NCBI GenBank assembly: GCA_964016885.1
Contig: OZ024740.1
Span: 104,594,001 to 104,658,000, forward strand
Source: Eledone cirrhosa
Lineage: Eukaryota
Direction of reading: 5' to 3'
DNA: 64,000 nucleotides
Shown here: piece after piece, positions 1-12,515 of the stretch
Layout: the number at the start of each line of letters is the position of its first letter
Position numbering within the stretch: position 1 is the first letter of the stretch
Notes under the pieces: model-generated
Databases searched by the model: none
What the model was told of the DNA's origin: nothing
What the model saw: only the letters and a program-made list of their open reading frames with translations
Made by a program: the position numbers and the translations under genes

Positions 1-790
1 CAGACAGAGACACCAAGTTATCCCCTGCGATGTGTGTTTTTGGTAGACCCATTAAGGATTTCATTCCAATCCTTCCCGGCCGCTACAAGCCTCATGACAC
101 CTAGCGTGACACACTTGCCTTGAGAGAAGATGCCTTCAGAAACAGGCACATGAAGATTGCAGAACGCCTTTCTGAACACACCAAGCGATTGCCACCCCTT
201 GTCATTGGAGATCTCGTGCGAATACAAAATCAAACAGGCCCTCAACCATTAAAATGGGACAAAACAGGCTGTGTGATTGAAGTTCATTAGTTTGATCAGT
301 ATGTCATACGCGTGGATGCATCAGGCAGAGTGGCTCTTCGAAATCGGAAATTTCTAAGAAAGTACACCGCTGTTCATCCACCGAGGGCACAGATCACCTA
401 ATCAAACGACTTACCCCATCGATCCAAACAAAGACAACAAGGTATGTCTTTCTCACTCCACCAACCATTTATTCCGGAGCCCCTGCTCGCAAAGGACACC
501 ACCAAAGCTCCTCAAAACCCTACAGATCTACAAATGACACCATCACCTAACCTGACAATGCTTGACATCCAGCCATCACCACCATCGCCATAACGCCCAG
601 CTATCCAGCCACCAGAGTTACATCCCCTAGCCTACCACACTACATTCAAAACAAGTAGCACAACACCTACCCCAACACCCTGCCTAACACCCTCCCTGAC
701 CAACACACAAGAACTAACACTAAGACGCTCCTCCCGGGCCAAGAAGGAGCCCACCTGGCTCAGTGATTATGTGCATGTGATTGGGGCAGA
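1..790 (+). mobile_element. Gypsy/Ty3-type LTR retrotransposon remnant, integrase C-terminal region (pseudogenised)
   Basis: Frame +3 reads DRDTKLSPAMCVFGRPIKDFIP...GDLVRIQNQTGPQPLKWDKTGCVIEVH*FDQYVIRVDASGRVALRNRKFLRKY with in-frame stops, and later LRRSSRAKKEPTWLSDYV. This is typical of the end of Gypsy pol. Confidence 0.8.
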
Positions 791-980
791 ATAATCCCCG
801 GGCCTGAGGGTAGTCTGCCCAGTGATCGCCCTTCTCCTTTCGGTTTGTGTTATTGTTTCTATTAATGTTAATTGTTCCCACCTGGCCAGGATGTCACTGT
901 GTTCAAAACATTCAGTTTATTCTCATATCTGACTCTAGTCTTAAATCCTTGCTATATACGTCAGCAAATATACCAATGAC

Positions 981-1152
981 TTGGAGGGGGATAGAGGATT
1001 ATATATCATTGTGTGACGATATGCAAAACATGTTATAGCGTTCTGATACTATTTATTCCTAATAGTGCTTTTCATCTGTTTCAAATGTCCATCATTTATT
1101 GATACAAATAAAGTGGATGTATTATGAAAAGAGTTTGTGCTCATTTAATACA
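981..1152 (+). repeat. Polypurine tract and probable short 3' LTR of the Gypsy remnant
   Basis: GGAGGGGGA at 983-991 is followed by ~160 bp containing AATAAA (~1107) and ending ...TTTAATACA. It starts TA rather than canonical TG. Confidence 0.5.
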
Positions 1153-1165
1153 TACATATATATAT

Positions 1166-1698
1166 GATGGCTGCCCCCTCGTTATCGAGTATGGCCATTG
1201 CACGATATACCATTATTAATAATTATTAATTAATTCTATCGTGCAATGCCTGTGCATGAAGATATTTTTTAAAGTGAGGAAAAACTGTGCACTGAGCCAA
1301 TCCCAGTCTCTGAGCGACAGTAGCTATACCCGAAAAGAAAAGATCAACATCATCAGTAACTACTGAGCCGCAGGTTTTATATCGGAGTTATCCCAGTTTC
1401 ATGAGTTGCCTTCTCCTAGAAGAATGCCCTGACAAAGGCTAGGGATCCTTCACTCCCAGTGGGATTATCGTGTGGTACATGTATATATACATATTTACAC
1501 ACTTTCGGATGGCTGTTGACTCTTATGAGTTCTTCCACCCTTTGTCAGGTTTTGTTTTTTGTCCTGCAGGTTGTCCAAAATCACCCTCCTCACCAAGTAA
1601 ACTTTGTGGGGTTGCCAGTTTAGTCGCTGATGACCGGACCATGCGACAGGTTGTACTGGGTTACATGTTACCAGTAGCACTCAAGAGTGACCCGACAT
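1166..1698 (-). mobile_element. Diverged relative of the ~610-bp non-coding retroelement
   Basis: Shares both ends with 40685-41294: 5' TGTCGGGTCACTCTTGAGTGCTACTGGTAACATG...GACTAAACTGGCAACCCCAC and 3' ...ACTCGATAACGAGGGGGCAGCCATC. Flanked by TA repeats. Confidence 0.7.
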
Positions 1699-1952
1699 AT
1701 CTATATATATATATATATCCTTAAATATATATATATATACAGATATACATACATACATACACATATATACATACATATATATACATACATACATACATAC
1801 ACATATATACATACATATATATATATATATACATACATACATACATACACATATATACATACATATATATATATATTCATACATACATACATACACATAT
1901 ATACATATTCATACATACATACATACACATATATACATACACATATATACAT
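1699..1952. repeat. Compound (TA)n/(TACA)n microsatellite
   Basis: Seen directly. Confidence 0.95.
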
Positions 1953-2429
1953 TCTACTTATAAATTACTTTAAATATATATAGTATGCTACTTGAAAGTC
2001 AAAAATCCGCTCCACCCCTTCACCCTCCTTGCTACCCCACGAGGGGCTGCGGTCAGCCACAATATCTCTCCCCCTTCGCCCCCCCCTCTCTTTCTTCCCC
2101 TCTATCTCTCTCTTAGCTACACACACACACACACATATATATATATAAGATAAGTTCTCCTTCATGTTTATTTCACTTTCGCCAATCCACCGCTGCTTCA
2201 ATTATCTCTATGATGTACTCATGTAAACCGTAAAGTACAAATTATTCTCTCCTTTCCACGCTCAATTTCGTACATAGTCCAAACAAACATCCAATCTCGC
2301 AAAATCCGAAATCTGTATTTTTTGTTATCTATTTAAGGTTTAAATACGGTGTTTTTGTCGTATTGAACAGAACAAATCTTGCAGTTTTGCTTTTTGTTAA
2401 ATCGCTTGTTAAACATTCATAACCTTCCA

Positions 2430-5400
2430 GCTAGCTACCCCACACCCCTCCCTCCCGCCCCCACACGCCACCATACTTAATACGTGGACCAATCATAAGC
2501 CAGAGCCCCCCCCCCCCCCCCCCCCCCCCCGCATCACCACCATTATTATAAGCCAGAGCCCCCCTTCCCCCACCCCCACGCATCACCATTATTATTATTA
2601 TTACGCGGACCAAATCATAAGCCAGAGGCCTATACTATCGCTTGCCCGGTTGCCTTCGATATATGATGGATGGATGGATGGACGGACGGACTGCGGAATC
2701 CTGGAGAGTGGAAGGGAGAGAAAAATCTGGACGCCCAGAGCGAAAATGCCAAAGTTAAAGTCAAATTCACCTCGTGGACGAGAATGCGAGCACTCCTCTT
2801 TGTTTCGTCCGCGGATGGCTAACATAACCCTATCTCCTCCCGCCCCCCACCACCCCCACCCTCCAAACGCAACCCAAAACTTCAGAGTTGGTACCATAAA
2901 TGTAGGCACCCTAAAGGGTCGCGCTAACGAGGTTGTAGAAATGCTTGAACGTAAGGAGGTCGATGTTTGTTGTATTCAAGAGACCAGGTGGAGGGGTGGG
3001 TCTGCTAGATTCATTGAGGGTAAAAAACGATGTTATAAGCTTTTCTGGGTGGGAAACGACGATGGGCTGGGTGGAGTAGGAATCATGGTAGCAGAAAAGT
3101 GGGCAGATAAGATAATAGACGTAAATAGAGTGAACGACAGAATAATTAAAATAAGACTTGTCCTCAATAGAACTACGGTGACAGTAATATCTGCGTACGC
3201 ACCCCAATCCGGACTGCCCGGCACTATAAAAGACAGATTCTATGAGACACTGTTGCTAACTACCTCCCAAATATCTGACAGTGACTATATAATTATTGCA
3301 GGCGACCTAAATGGTCACGTTGGACAACATTGTGACGGCTACGACGAAATCCATGGAGGCTATGGGTTTGGTACTAGAAATGAGGAAGGCTCCAGAATCC
3401 TGGAATACTGTGATGCAAATAACCTAACTATCTGTAACACTAACTTCAAAAAACGTGACAATCACCTGATTACCTATAGATCCGGGGAACACACAAGCCA
3501 GGTAGATTATATCCTTACCAGAAGACGTGACAGAGTGTCTGTTGTAAACACTAAATCCCTCCCCCATGAAGAATGCACCTCCCAACATAGACTGATAATT
3601 AGCGACCTCATAGTCAGGACGAGACGTACCCGACAGCAGAAGAGGACTATCCTCAGGAGGAAAATATGGAAACTAAAGGACCCCACAGCCAGAAATAAAT
3701 TTCAAAGCATATTACTTGATGCTTTCGACAGTAAGGAAGAGCATCTAGAATCGGACAATATAGAGGGACAGTGGAAATTTCTGAAAGCAAACCTGCTGTT
3801 GGCGACAGACGAGGTCTGTGGCTGGAGCAGGCCTGTAGGCAGGAGGAGAGTAACATGGTGGTGGAACAATAGGGTGGAGGGGTCAATTAAGGCCAAAAAG
3901 CAGGCTTGGAAAGTATGGCAGGATGGGGGAAGTAGAGTAGACTATCAAGTGGCCAGGAGGGAAGCTAGGAGAGAAGTGTACTTAGCAAGAAGGGAAGCGG
4001 AGGAAAGAAAGTTCAAGCATGTTCTACAACGCGATGACCAAAAACGTGAGGTGTTCAGGATTGCCAGGCAATGCGTCAAGGAAAACCGTGATATTGTCGG
4101 GGAGAAGTGTGTACTTAACGATGATGGCATACTTGCCATCACCGACACTGATAAGAAGGTAGCTTGGAAGTGTCACTATGAAAGGCTACTAAATGAGGAG
4201 AATAAATGGGAGAAAGACAGTCTCCCCCATATCGACCCGATAGAGGGACCAGCAGTGTTAGTCGAGGGGAGTATAATAAGTAAGGCAATCAAGGATATGA
4301 AGACTGGTAAGGCGGCTGGGCCTTCGGAAATAGTTGCTGAGATGCTGAAGGCATCTGGCACGGTGGGACACACCATGGTCACCCGCATAGTTAACCAAGT
4401 CGTACAGAATGGGGTTGTTCCGAAGGACTGGCATAGCAGCATCATCGTTAACTGTTATAAGGGTAAAGGAGACGCCCTAGATAGGAGTAACTATAGAGGC
4501 ATTAAATTAATCGACCAGGTCATGAAGGTCACGGAAAAAGTAATAGCGCAACTAATCAGAGAGAGAATTGATCTAGATGAAATGCAGTTCGGGTTTGTGT
4601 CAGGCAAAAGCACCACAGACGCTCTTTTCATAGTACGACAACTACAGGAGAAGTACCTAGCTAAAGGTAAACCCCTCTACTTAGCTTTTGTCGACCTGGA
4701 GAAAGCCTTCGACAGAGTCCCCCGCTCCATTATCTGGTGGGCTCTTAGAAAACTAGGCGTTGACGAATGGCTTGTGAGGGCTATACAAGCCATGTATAAA
4801 GAAACAGTCAGCAAGGTTAGAATTAACAACGAATATAGTGAAGAGTTTAGCGTAAAAGTTGGCGTCCATCAGGGCTCTGTTCTCAGCCCCCTACTATTTA
4901 TTATTGCCCTTCAGGCTATAACAGAGGAGTTCAAGACAGGCTGCCCATGGGAACTCCTATACGCAGACGACCTGACACTCATAGCGGAATCAATGGCCGA
5001 GCTAGAGAAGAAATTCCAAACATGGAAGCACGGCCTAGAGTCAAAAGGACTTAAAATTAACCTGGCTAAGACCAAAGTTCTAGTTTGTAGGAAAGAAAAC
5101 AAGGCGGCGGTCCCTTCTGGGAAATGGTCGTGCTCGGTATGTAGGAAAGGCGTAGGTAGAAACTCCATCTTATGTCCTAAATGCAAAGTATGGGTGCATA
5201 AAAGATGTAGTGGGATCACAGGTAAGCTAACTAAGAACATAGACTTTACATGTGGCCGATGTTCTGGTGCAATAAGTAGCAGCAAGTGCCCACAAAATAC
5301 TAGCTCTTTCAATTGCGCAGAGGGTTCTATAGAAATAGTGGACAGCTTCCGTTACCTGGGCGATAAAATCAGCAGTGGGGGAGGGTGCTCTGAAAGTACT

Positions 5401-6284
5401 GTAGCTAGAGTCAGAACTGGTTGGAAAAAGTTCAGAGAGCTTATACCACTATTAGCTGCTAAAGGGTTCTCCCTAAAAATGAAAGGCAGGTTGTACGATG
5501 CCTGCATACGAACAGCAATGTTGCATGGTAGTGAGACCTGGGCATTGTGTGCAGAGGATATACGCAGACTAGAGAGGAACGAAGCTTGCATGCTCCGCTG
5601 GATGTGTAACAGTAATATACGTGAACGGCAAAGCATAAACGAACTAAGGAAAAAATTAGAGATAAGAGGGATCAGATGTTGTTTACTCGAGAGAAGGCTG
5701 CGTTGGTATGGACACGTGATGCGCATGAAAGTCGATAGCTGTATTACAAAGTGCAGGGCAATAAAGATAGACGGTAGCCACGGAATAGGCAGACCTAGAA
5801 AAACATGGGATGAGCTGATAAACTCCGACCTCATACACTTACACCTCTCCAAGACAATGTCACTGGACCGTGACCTTTGGCGGTACTCAGTAACAGAGAA
5901 GACCCGCCTTGCCAGTAGGCATCTCTAACAAACTACACCCCGTCCCGCCACCACCCCCACCCCATCCACACCACCCCGTTCCATGTAAAGTTATGTTGGT
6001 GCCGCGCCATCCAGGCCGAAACAAACGAGATCGTGTAGGTGTCACGACAAAAAAACACACAGTCCACGCTGTAATGTGGCCGTGTAGGCAACACGGTAAA
6101 AACCTCCCAGACCCACACTGTAAATGTGGTTGGTGTTAGGAAGGGCATCCAACTGTAGAAAACCTGCCAGACAGTCCTATGCGAGCAAGACAATCACTCT
6201 TGCCTCAAGTGGGACTACCCCCGTCCAAACCCATGCAAGCGTGGAACACGGACGTTAAACGTTGATGATGATGATGATGATGAT
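2430..6284 (+). mobile_element. Near full-length RTE family A element (5' boundary uncertain)
   Basis: ORF, ~340-bp 3' UTR, terminal hairpin CCATGC-AA-GCGTGG and (GAT)n tail ending at 6284 in a TA repeat. Confidence 0.85.
2650..5928 (+). CDS. RTE-clade LINE family A polyprotein (APE endonuclease + RT with embedded C4HC3 finger), uninterrupted ORF; likely start at ATG 2746 (MPKLK) or 2815
   Basis: APE motifs GTINVGTL, VCCIQET, SAYAP, IAGDLNGH, QVDYIL, SQHRLI. RT motifs NYRGIKL, QFGF, FVDLEKAFDRV, GVHQGSVLSPLLF, LYADD, KTK, FRYLG. RTE-type C-terminus [11 protein letters not shown]...GRPRKTW. Confidence 0.95.
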   Translation: MPSIYDGWMDGRTDCGILESGRERKIWTPRAKMPKLKSNSPRGRECEHSSLFRPRMANITLSPPAPHHPHPPNATQNFRVGTINVGTLKGRANEVVEMLERKEVDVCCIQETRWRGGSARFIEGKKRCYKLFWVGNDDGLGGVGIMVAEKWADKIIDVNRVNDRIIKIRLVLNRTTVTVISAYAPQSGLPGTIKDRFYETLLLTTSQISDSDYIIIAGDLNGHVGQHCDGYDEIHGGYGFGTRNEEGSRILEYCDANNLTICNTNFKKRDNHLITYRSGEHTSQVDYILTRRRDRVSVVNTKSLPHEECTSQHRLIISDLIVRTRRTRQQKRTILRRKIWKLKDPTARNKFQSILLDAFDSKEEHLESDNIEGQWKFLKANLLLATDEVCGWSRPVGRRRVTWWWNNRVEGSIKAKKQAWKVWQDGGSRVDYQVARREARREVYLARREAEERKFKHVLQRDDQKREVFRIARQCVKENRDIVGEKCVLNDDGILAITDTDKKVAWKCHYERLLNEENKWEKDSLPHIDPIEGPAVLVEGSIISKAIKDMKTGKAAGPSEIVAEMLKASGTVGHTMVTRIVNQVVQNGVVPKDWHSSIIVNCYKGKGDALDRSNYRGIKLIDQVMKVTEKVIAQLIRERIDLDEMQFGFVSGKSTTDALFIVRQLQEKYLAKGKPLYLAFVDLEKAFDRVPRSIIWWALRKLGVDEWLVRAIQAMYKETVSKVRINNEYSEEFSVKVGVHQGSVLSPLLFIIALQAITEEFKTGCPWELLYADDLTLIAESMAELEKKFQTWKHGLESKGLKINLAKTKVLVCRKENKAAVPSGKWSCSVCRKGVGRNSILCPKCKVWVHKRCSGITGKLTKNIDFTCGRCSGAISSSKCPQNTSSFNCAEGSIEIVDSFRYLGDKISSGGGCSESTVARVRTGWKKFRELIPLLAAKGFSLKMKGRLYDACIRTAMLHGSETWALCAEDIRRLERNEACMLRWMCNSNIRERQSINELRKKLEIRGIRCCLLERRLRWYGHVMRMKVDSCITKCRAIKIDGSHGIGRPRKTWDELINSDLIHLHLSKTMSLDRDLWRYSVTEKTRLASRHL

Positions 6285-6324
6285 ATATATATATATATAT
6301 ACATACATACATACATACACATAT

Positions 6325-9300
6325 ATCATCATCATCATCATTTTACGTCCGCTTTTCCCTGCTTGCAAGGGTGGGACGGGTCTTATTCAGCACAGCATCT
6401 CTCCACTCGTCACGGTCCCTCGTCATCTTCACCGTGAGCTTCAATGATCTGAGGTCTGTTCTCACCACCTCCGCCCATGTTTTTCGTGGTCTACCTCTAC
6501 CACGTCTTCCTTCAACTGGCATTTCCTGGCACTTCTTCACCCATCGGTCATCCTCCATGCGCATCACATGTCCATACCACCTCAGTCTCCTCTCCCGTAC
6601 ACTACATTCTATCCCTCTCAGACACAGTCTCTCTCTCAACACATTTATGCTGGGTCGTTCACGCACATTTACACTGCACATCCAACGGAGCATGCTTGCC
6701 TCATTTCTCTCCAGCCGTCGCATATCCTCTGCAGTTGCTGCCCATGTCTCACTACCATGCAGCATCGCGCTCCTCACACAGGCATCATACAACCGGCCTT
6801 TCGTACGCAGGGAGAAACCCTTCTTCGTCAACAGAGGAAGCAGCTCCCTAAACTTCTTCCAACCCGTCCTTATTCTAGATACTATGGCCTCGGAACACCC
6901 TCCTCCCATGCTAATCTGATATCCTAGGTACCGGAAGCTATCCACCACTTCTATAGCGCCCTCTTGCATTTGAAAAATGTGTCTATCAGTGCGACTTCTA
7001 CTGTCTAATTTCCCTGTACATCTACTGCATACATATTTCTCCCTACCTGTTAGTTTGCCAGCTATCCCGCTACATCTCTTGTGTACCCAGGATCTGCATT
7101 GTGTGCATTTTATAGAATTTATGCCAGTTCCTTTTCTGCATATCGAACATGGCCATTTCCCTGACGGAATCAGGGTTTTGTCCTCTTTTCTACTCATCAA
7201 CACTTTTGTCTTAGCTAGATTCACTCTCAGTCCTCTTGCTTCCAACTGCTGTTTCCATAGCCAGAATTTATTCTCTAGCTCCTCTACTGATTCTGCTATA
7301 AGAACCAGATCGTCAGCATAGAGAAGTTCCCATGGACAGCCAGTCTTAAACTCCTCTGTTATGGCTTGGAGGACTATAATGAACAAGAGCGGGCTGAGGA
7401 CCGAACCCTGATGTACTCCTACTTGTATCTGGAATTCCTCACTAAACTCCATTCCTACCCTGACTTTACTGAGAGTACCTCTGTACAAAGTTTGCACTGT
7501 CCTCACAAGCCATTCCTCAACACCTAGCTTCCTTAGGGACCACCAGATGACAGATCGGGGTACCCTATCAAAGGCCTTCTCTAGGTCAACAAAGGCTAAG
7601 TATAGTGGCTTATTCTTCTCTAAGAACCTCTCTTGCATTTGTCTCACCAAGAAGAGGGCATCTGTTGTACTCTTCCCAGGCACAAAACCAAACTGCATCT
7701 CATCTAGTTTGACCCTTTCTCTAATTAGTTGTGCTAAAATCCTTTCTGCCACTTTCATAACCTGATCTATCAGTTTTATACCCCTATAATTGCTCCTCTC
7801 CAAAGCATCCCCTTTACCTTTGTAGCAATTTATGAGAATACTGCTGCACCAGTCTTTGGGTATGACACCACCATATATAGCCTGATTGATGATGCGTGCA
7901 ACCAGTTTAGTGCCTATGTCCCCTGATGCCTTAGCATCTCAGCAACTATTCCCGATGGTCCGGCCGCCTTACCATTTTTCATTTCCCTAATCGCCTCTTG
8001 GACCCTATATTCGTCAATCTCAATAGCTGGTCCCTCTGTCGGATCTACCAAGGGTAATTTCTCTCTCTCCCATTCGTTCTCCACATTCATCAGTCTCTCA
8101 TAATGACATTTCCAGGCCTCCTTTTTCTGATCATTCGTGACACTAAGTACACCGGCATCATCCCGGACACATTTATCTCCAACAACATCCTGATTTGCAT
8201 TGACACACTGCCTTGCAATGTGGAACACCGCACGCCTCTGATCTTCCCGTCGCAGAACATTGGCAAACCTCCTACTCTCTGCCTCCCTGCGTGCTAAATA
8301 CACCTGACGTCTAGCTTCTCTCTTAGTGGCTGTATATTCTTCCCTACTCCCACCCTTTTTCCAAGCCTTCCATGCTAGTCTTTTGTCTCTAATAGCCTTA
8401 TCTACTGTGCTGTTCCACCACCAGGTCACTCTCTGTCTGGTTGGAGCTCTGCTCCAGCCACAGGTTTCATCAGTAGCCTGCAGCAAGTTGTCACGTAAGA
8501 ACTTCCAGTTATTATCTGTGTCATACGTCTCTAAATCGTCTTCTTTTTCGTCATATACATCTTGAAGGGCTTTCCTAAATTTGTATTTTAGTGAAAGGTC
8601 TTTTAGCTTCCAGACGTTTCTTCTCCACACCTTCCTCTATGTCTCATTCCATCTCTTGCTTACTGAGATATCACTAACAACTAACCTATGCTGTGGGGTA
8701 CATTCTTCCCCAGGGTATGCCTTGGTATTAGACACTATCTGCCTGTCCCGCTGCCTAACTAGCAGGAAGTCAATCTGGCTTATGTGCTCACCAGATTTGT
8801 AGGTTATTAGGTGATTGGCAGGTTTCTGGAAGTTTGTGTTGCAAATAGTCAATGTACTCGCATCACAAAATTCAAGAAGTCTCACTCCTTCATTTCTTGA
8901 ACCGTAACCGTGCCCACCATGTACCCCAGTGTAACCATCCTGGAGCTGTCCAACATGACCATTGAAGTCTCCTGCTAGCATAACGATGTCTCCGTCCTCT
9001 GTCATTGTGGTTGTTTGCAAAAGTTGCTCATAAAAGCAGTCTTTCTCATCTTTGCCTAGGCCTGCTTGGGGAGCATAGACCGAGATGATTGTCAGTAGTC
9101 TCCTACCTACAACTAATCTAAGCTTAATTATTCGATTACTAACTCGAACTACCTCTATTGTCTTATTGATCCATTTCTCAGCCAGGAAAATGCCTACTCC
9201 CCCTAACCCATCATCCTTACCTACCCAGAATAGCTTATAGCTAAGACGTTTGCCTACGACTAGTCTCACAGAGGCACCCCTCCATCTCACCTCTTCCACG

Positions 9301-9590
9301 CAGCACACATCCACCTGCCTTCTCTCCAGCATCTCCGCTATTTCAGCAGATCTACCTCTGAGAGTGCCAACATTAAGTGTTGCAACTCTGAGATGCGACG
9401 TCTTCATATTTTGTTGCTGTGCTGATAAGCGTTTTGGCATTGATACACTGGTTGGATGCCCTTCCTAACACCAGCGCCACTTTACAGCATGGACTGGGTG
9501 CTTTTATTTGTGCCACCAGCACTAGAGAGGATGTCTTACTAGACTCAAGGGCCCTCTCTACCCCTCCATTTTACAGCATGGTCATTAAAA
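6325..9590 (-). mobile_element. RTE family C element, near full length, ORF broken by two frameshifts (~8635, ~7920)
   Basis: ORFs 8637-9440 (APE), 7914-8630 and 6343-7803 (RT + C4HC3) are colinear with family A. The (GAT)n tail directly follows the stop. Tail-to-tail with the family A copy. Confidence 0.93.
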
Positions 9591-9651
9591 AAAAAATATA
9601 TATATATATATATACATACATACACATATATATATATATATATATATATAT

Positions 9652-10057
9652 GGTGGCTGCCAACTCGTTTTCGAGTACGGCCACTACTTTATATCCATGT
9701 AGGAGAACCCCTACCGATGCGCTAAACAAGTGTGACTTTTAGTCCAGCCAGCGACTTGAAAACTGGTACAAACACTACACCTGTGACAATTATTGACACA
9801 TAGTGCTGGGCCCATGGTACCATGTGACGACAAGTGCAGAGGGATCTCCAGATATAAAGCAATGCCTGTGCCGTGAAGCTTTTATAGTGAACAAAGGCAC
9901 TGCACAAAGCCAGTCCCACTCTCTTAACCAAGATGATATTTACCAAAAAAAAGAACAAGTCAACATCATTGGATACCATCAGGGTTGCAGGTGTTATATC
10001 AGAGTTTTCCTTCTCCTAGAATTCTGCCTTGACAAAGGCTAAGGGGTCATCTCTCCC
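9652..10057 (-). mobile_element. ~610-bp non-coding retroelement, 5'-truncated copy
   Basis: Near-identical to 40685-41093. Flanked by microsatellite. Confidence 0.85.
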
Positions 10058-10058
10058 T

Positions 10059-10295
10059 TATACATACATACATACACATATATATATATATATACATACA
10101 TACATACACACATATATATATATACATACATACATACACATATATATATATATATACATACATACATACACATATATATACATACATACACACATATATA
10201 TATATATACATACATACACATATATATACATACATACACATATATATACATACATACATACACATATATATATATACATACATACATACATATAT

Positions 10296-10326
<31 letters not shown>

Positions 10327-10367
10327 CATACATACATATATATACATACATACATACATACATATAT

Positions 10368-10398
<31 letters not shown>

Positions 10399-11275
10399 CA
10401 TACATATATATATATACATACATACATACATACACATATATATATACATACATACATACACATATATATATATACATACATACATACACATATATATATA
10501 CATACATACATACACACATATATATATATATATATATATACATACATACACACATATATATATATACATACATACATACATACACACATATATATATATA
10601 CATACATACATACATACACACATATATATATACATACATACATACATACACACATATATATATACATACATATATATATACATACATACATACACACATA
10701 TATATATATACATACATACATACATACACACATATATATATACATACATACATACATACACACATATATATATACATACATATATATATATATACATACA
10801 TACATACACACATATATATATACATACATACATACACACATATATATACATACATACATACATACATACACACACATATATATATATATATATACATACA
10901 TACATACATATATATACATACATACATACACACATATATATATATATATATATACATACATACATACACATATATATATATATATACATACATACATACA
11001 CATATATATATATATATACATACATACATACACATATATATATATATATACATACATACATACACATATATATATATATATACATACATACATACACATA
11101 TATATATATATATACATACATACACATATATATATATATACATACATACACATATATATATATATACATACATACACATATATATATATATACATACATA
11201 CACATATATATATATATACATACATACACATATATATATATATATACATACATACATACATACATATATACATAC

Positions 11276-11306
<31 letters not shown>

Positions 11307-11701
11307 CATACATACATACATACACACATATATATATATACATACATACATACATACACACATATATATATACATACATATATACATACATACATACATA
11401 CACACATATATATATATATATATATATACATACATACATACATATATATACATACATACATACACACATATATATATATATATATATACATACATACATA
11501 CACATATATATATATATATATACATACATACACATATATATATATATATACATACATACATACACATATATATATATATATATATACATACATACATACA
11601 CATATATATATATATATATATACAAACATACATACACATATATATATATATACATACATACATACACATATATATATATATATACATACATACATACACA
11701 T
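10059..11701. repeat. Compound (TA)n/(TACA)n microsatellite, ~1.6 kb
   Basis: Seen directly. Confidence 0.97.
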
Positions 11702-12515
11702 ATCATCATCATCATCATCATCACCGTTTTACGTCCGTTCTTCCACGCTAGCATGGGTTAGACGGGTTGTCCTGTTGTGGGCAGTGTCTGGTCGGCTGAC
11801 CATGCCTTGCTCATACAGGAACTGATCTGGCTTGATTTCTACAGCTGGATGCCCTTCCTAACACCAACCTCATTTACAGTGAGTGCTGGGTGCTTTTTCG
11901 TGGCGCCTACACGTCCACTTTACAGTGTGGGCTGGGTGCTTTTTTGCCGTGGCACCTCCACGACCACCTTGCGGTGGGGGGGGGGGGGCATATTGTTTAT
12001 ATGCTTCAGCATGTACCCATGGGAGGTCGGGTACCCTGTATTACTGCGTGACGCCAGAAGTCACGGTCGTGTGTCATTGACTTTGAGAGGTGTAGTTGGG
12101 TAAGGTCGGCTTTTATCACCTCATCCCAAGTCATCTTGGGTCTCCCCACTCCGCGGTTTCCATCAACTTCTAGTGCTCTGCACCTTTTTATGCAGCTGTC
12201 ATCCTTCATACGCATCACATGTCCATACCAGCGTAACCGCCTCTCCTGCACGCAGCATTTGATTCCTCTTATGCTCAGTCTCTCTCTCGATTCATTTATG
12301 CTTTGTCGTTCACGTATATTACTGTTACACATCCATCGGAGCATGCAGGCTTCGTTTCTCTCTAATCTACGTAGGTCTTCCACCTTCAGCGCCCAGGTCT
12401 CACTACCATGCAACATCGCTGTTCGGATACACGCATCATACAGTCTGCCTTTCATTCTGAGGGAGAAGCCTTTTGCAGCTAGCAGTGGTAGTAGTTCCCT
12501 AAACTTCTTCCATCC
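11702..12515 (-). mobile_element. RTE family B, 5'-truncated copy
   Basis: Reverse complement of ~30841-31655. ORF 12006-12455 and (GAT)n tail. Confidence 0.92.

Noticed and set aside
6031-6153. Resemblance of the Ceph-module pseudoknot to pistol or twister ribozymes
   Set aside because: It has a P1-like stem, A-rich linker and pseudoknot, but lacks the pistol P2/GU cleavage arrangement and the twister UAA and GUCCCAAGCCC core. Kept only as an unclassified structure.
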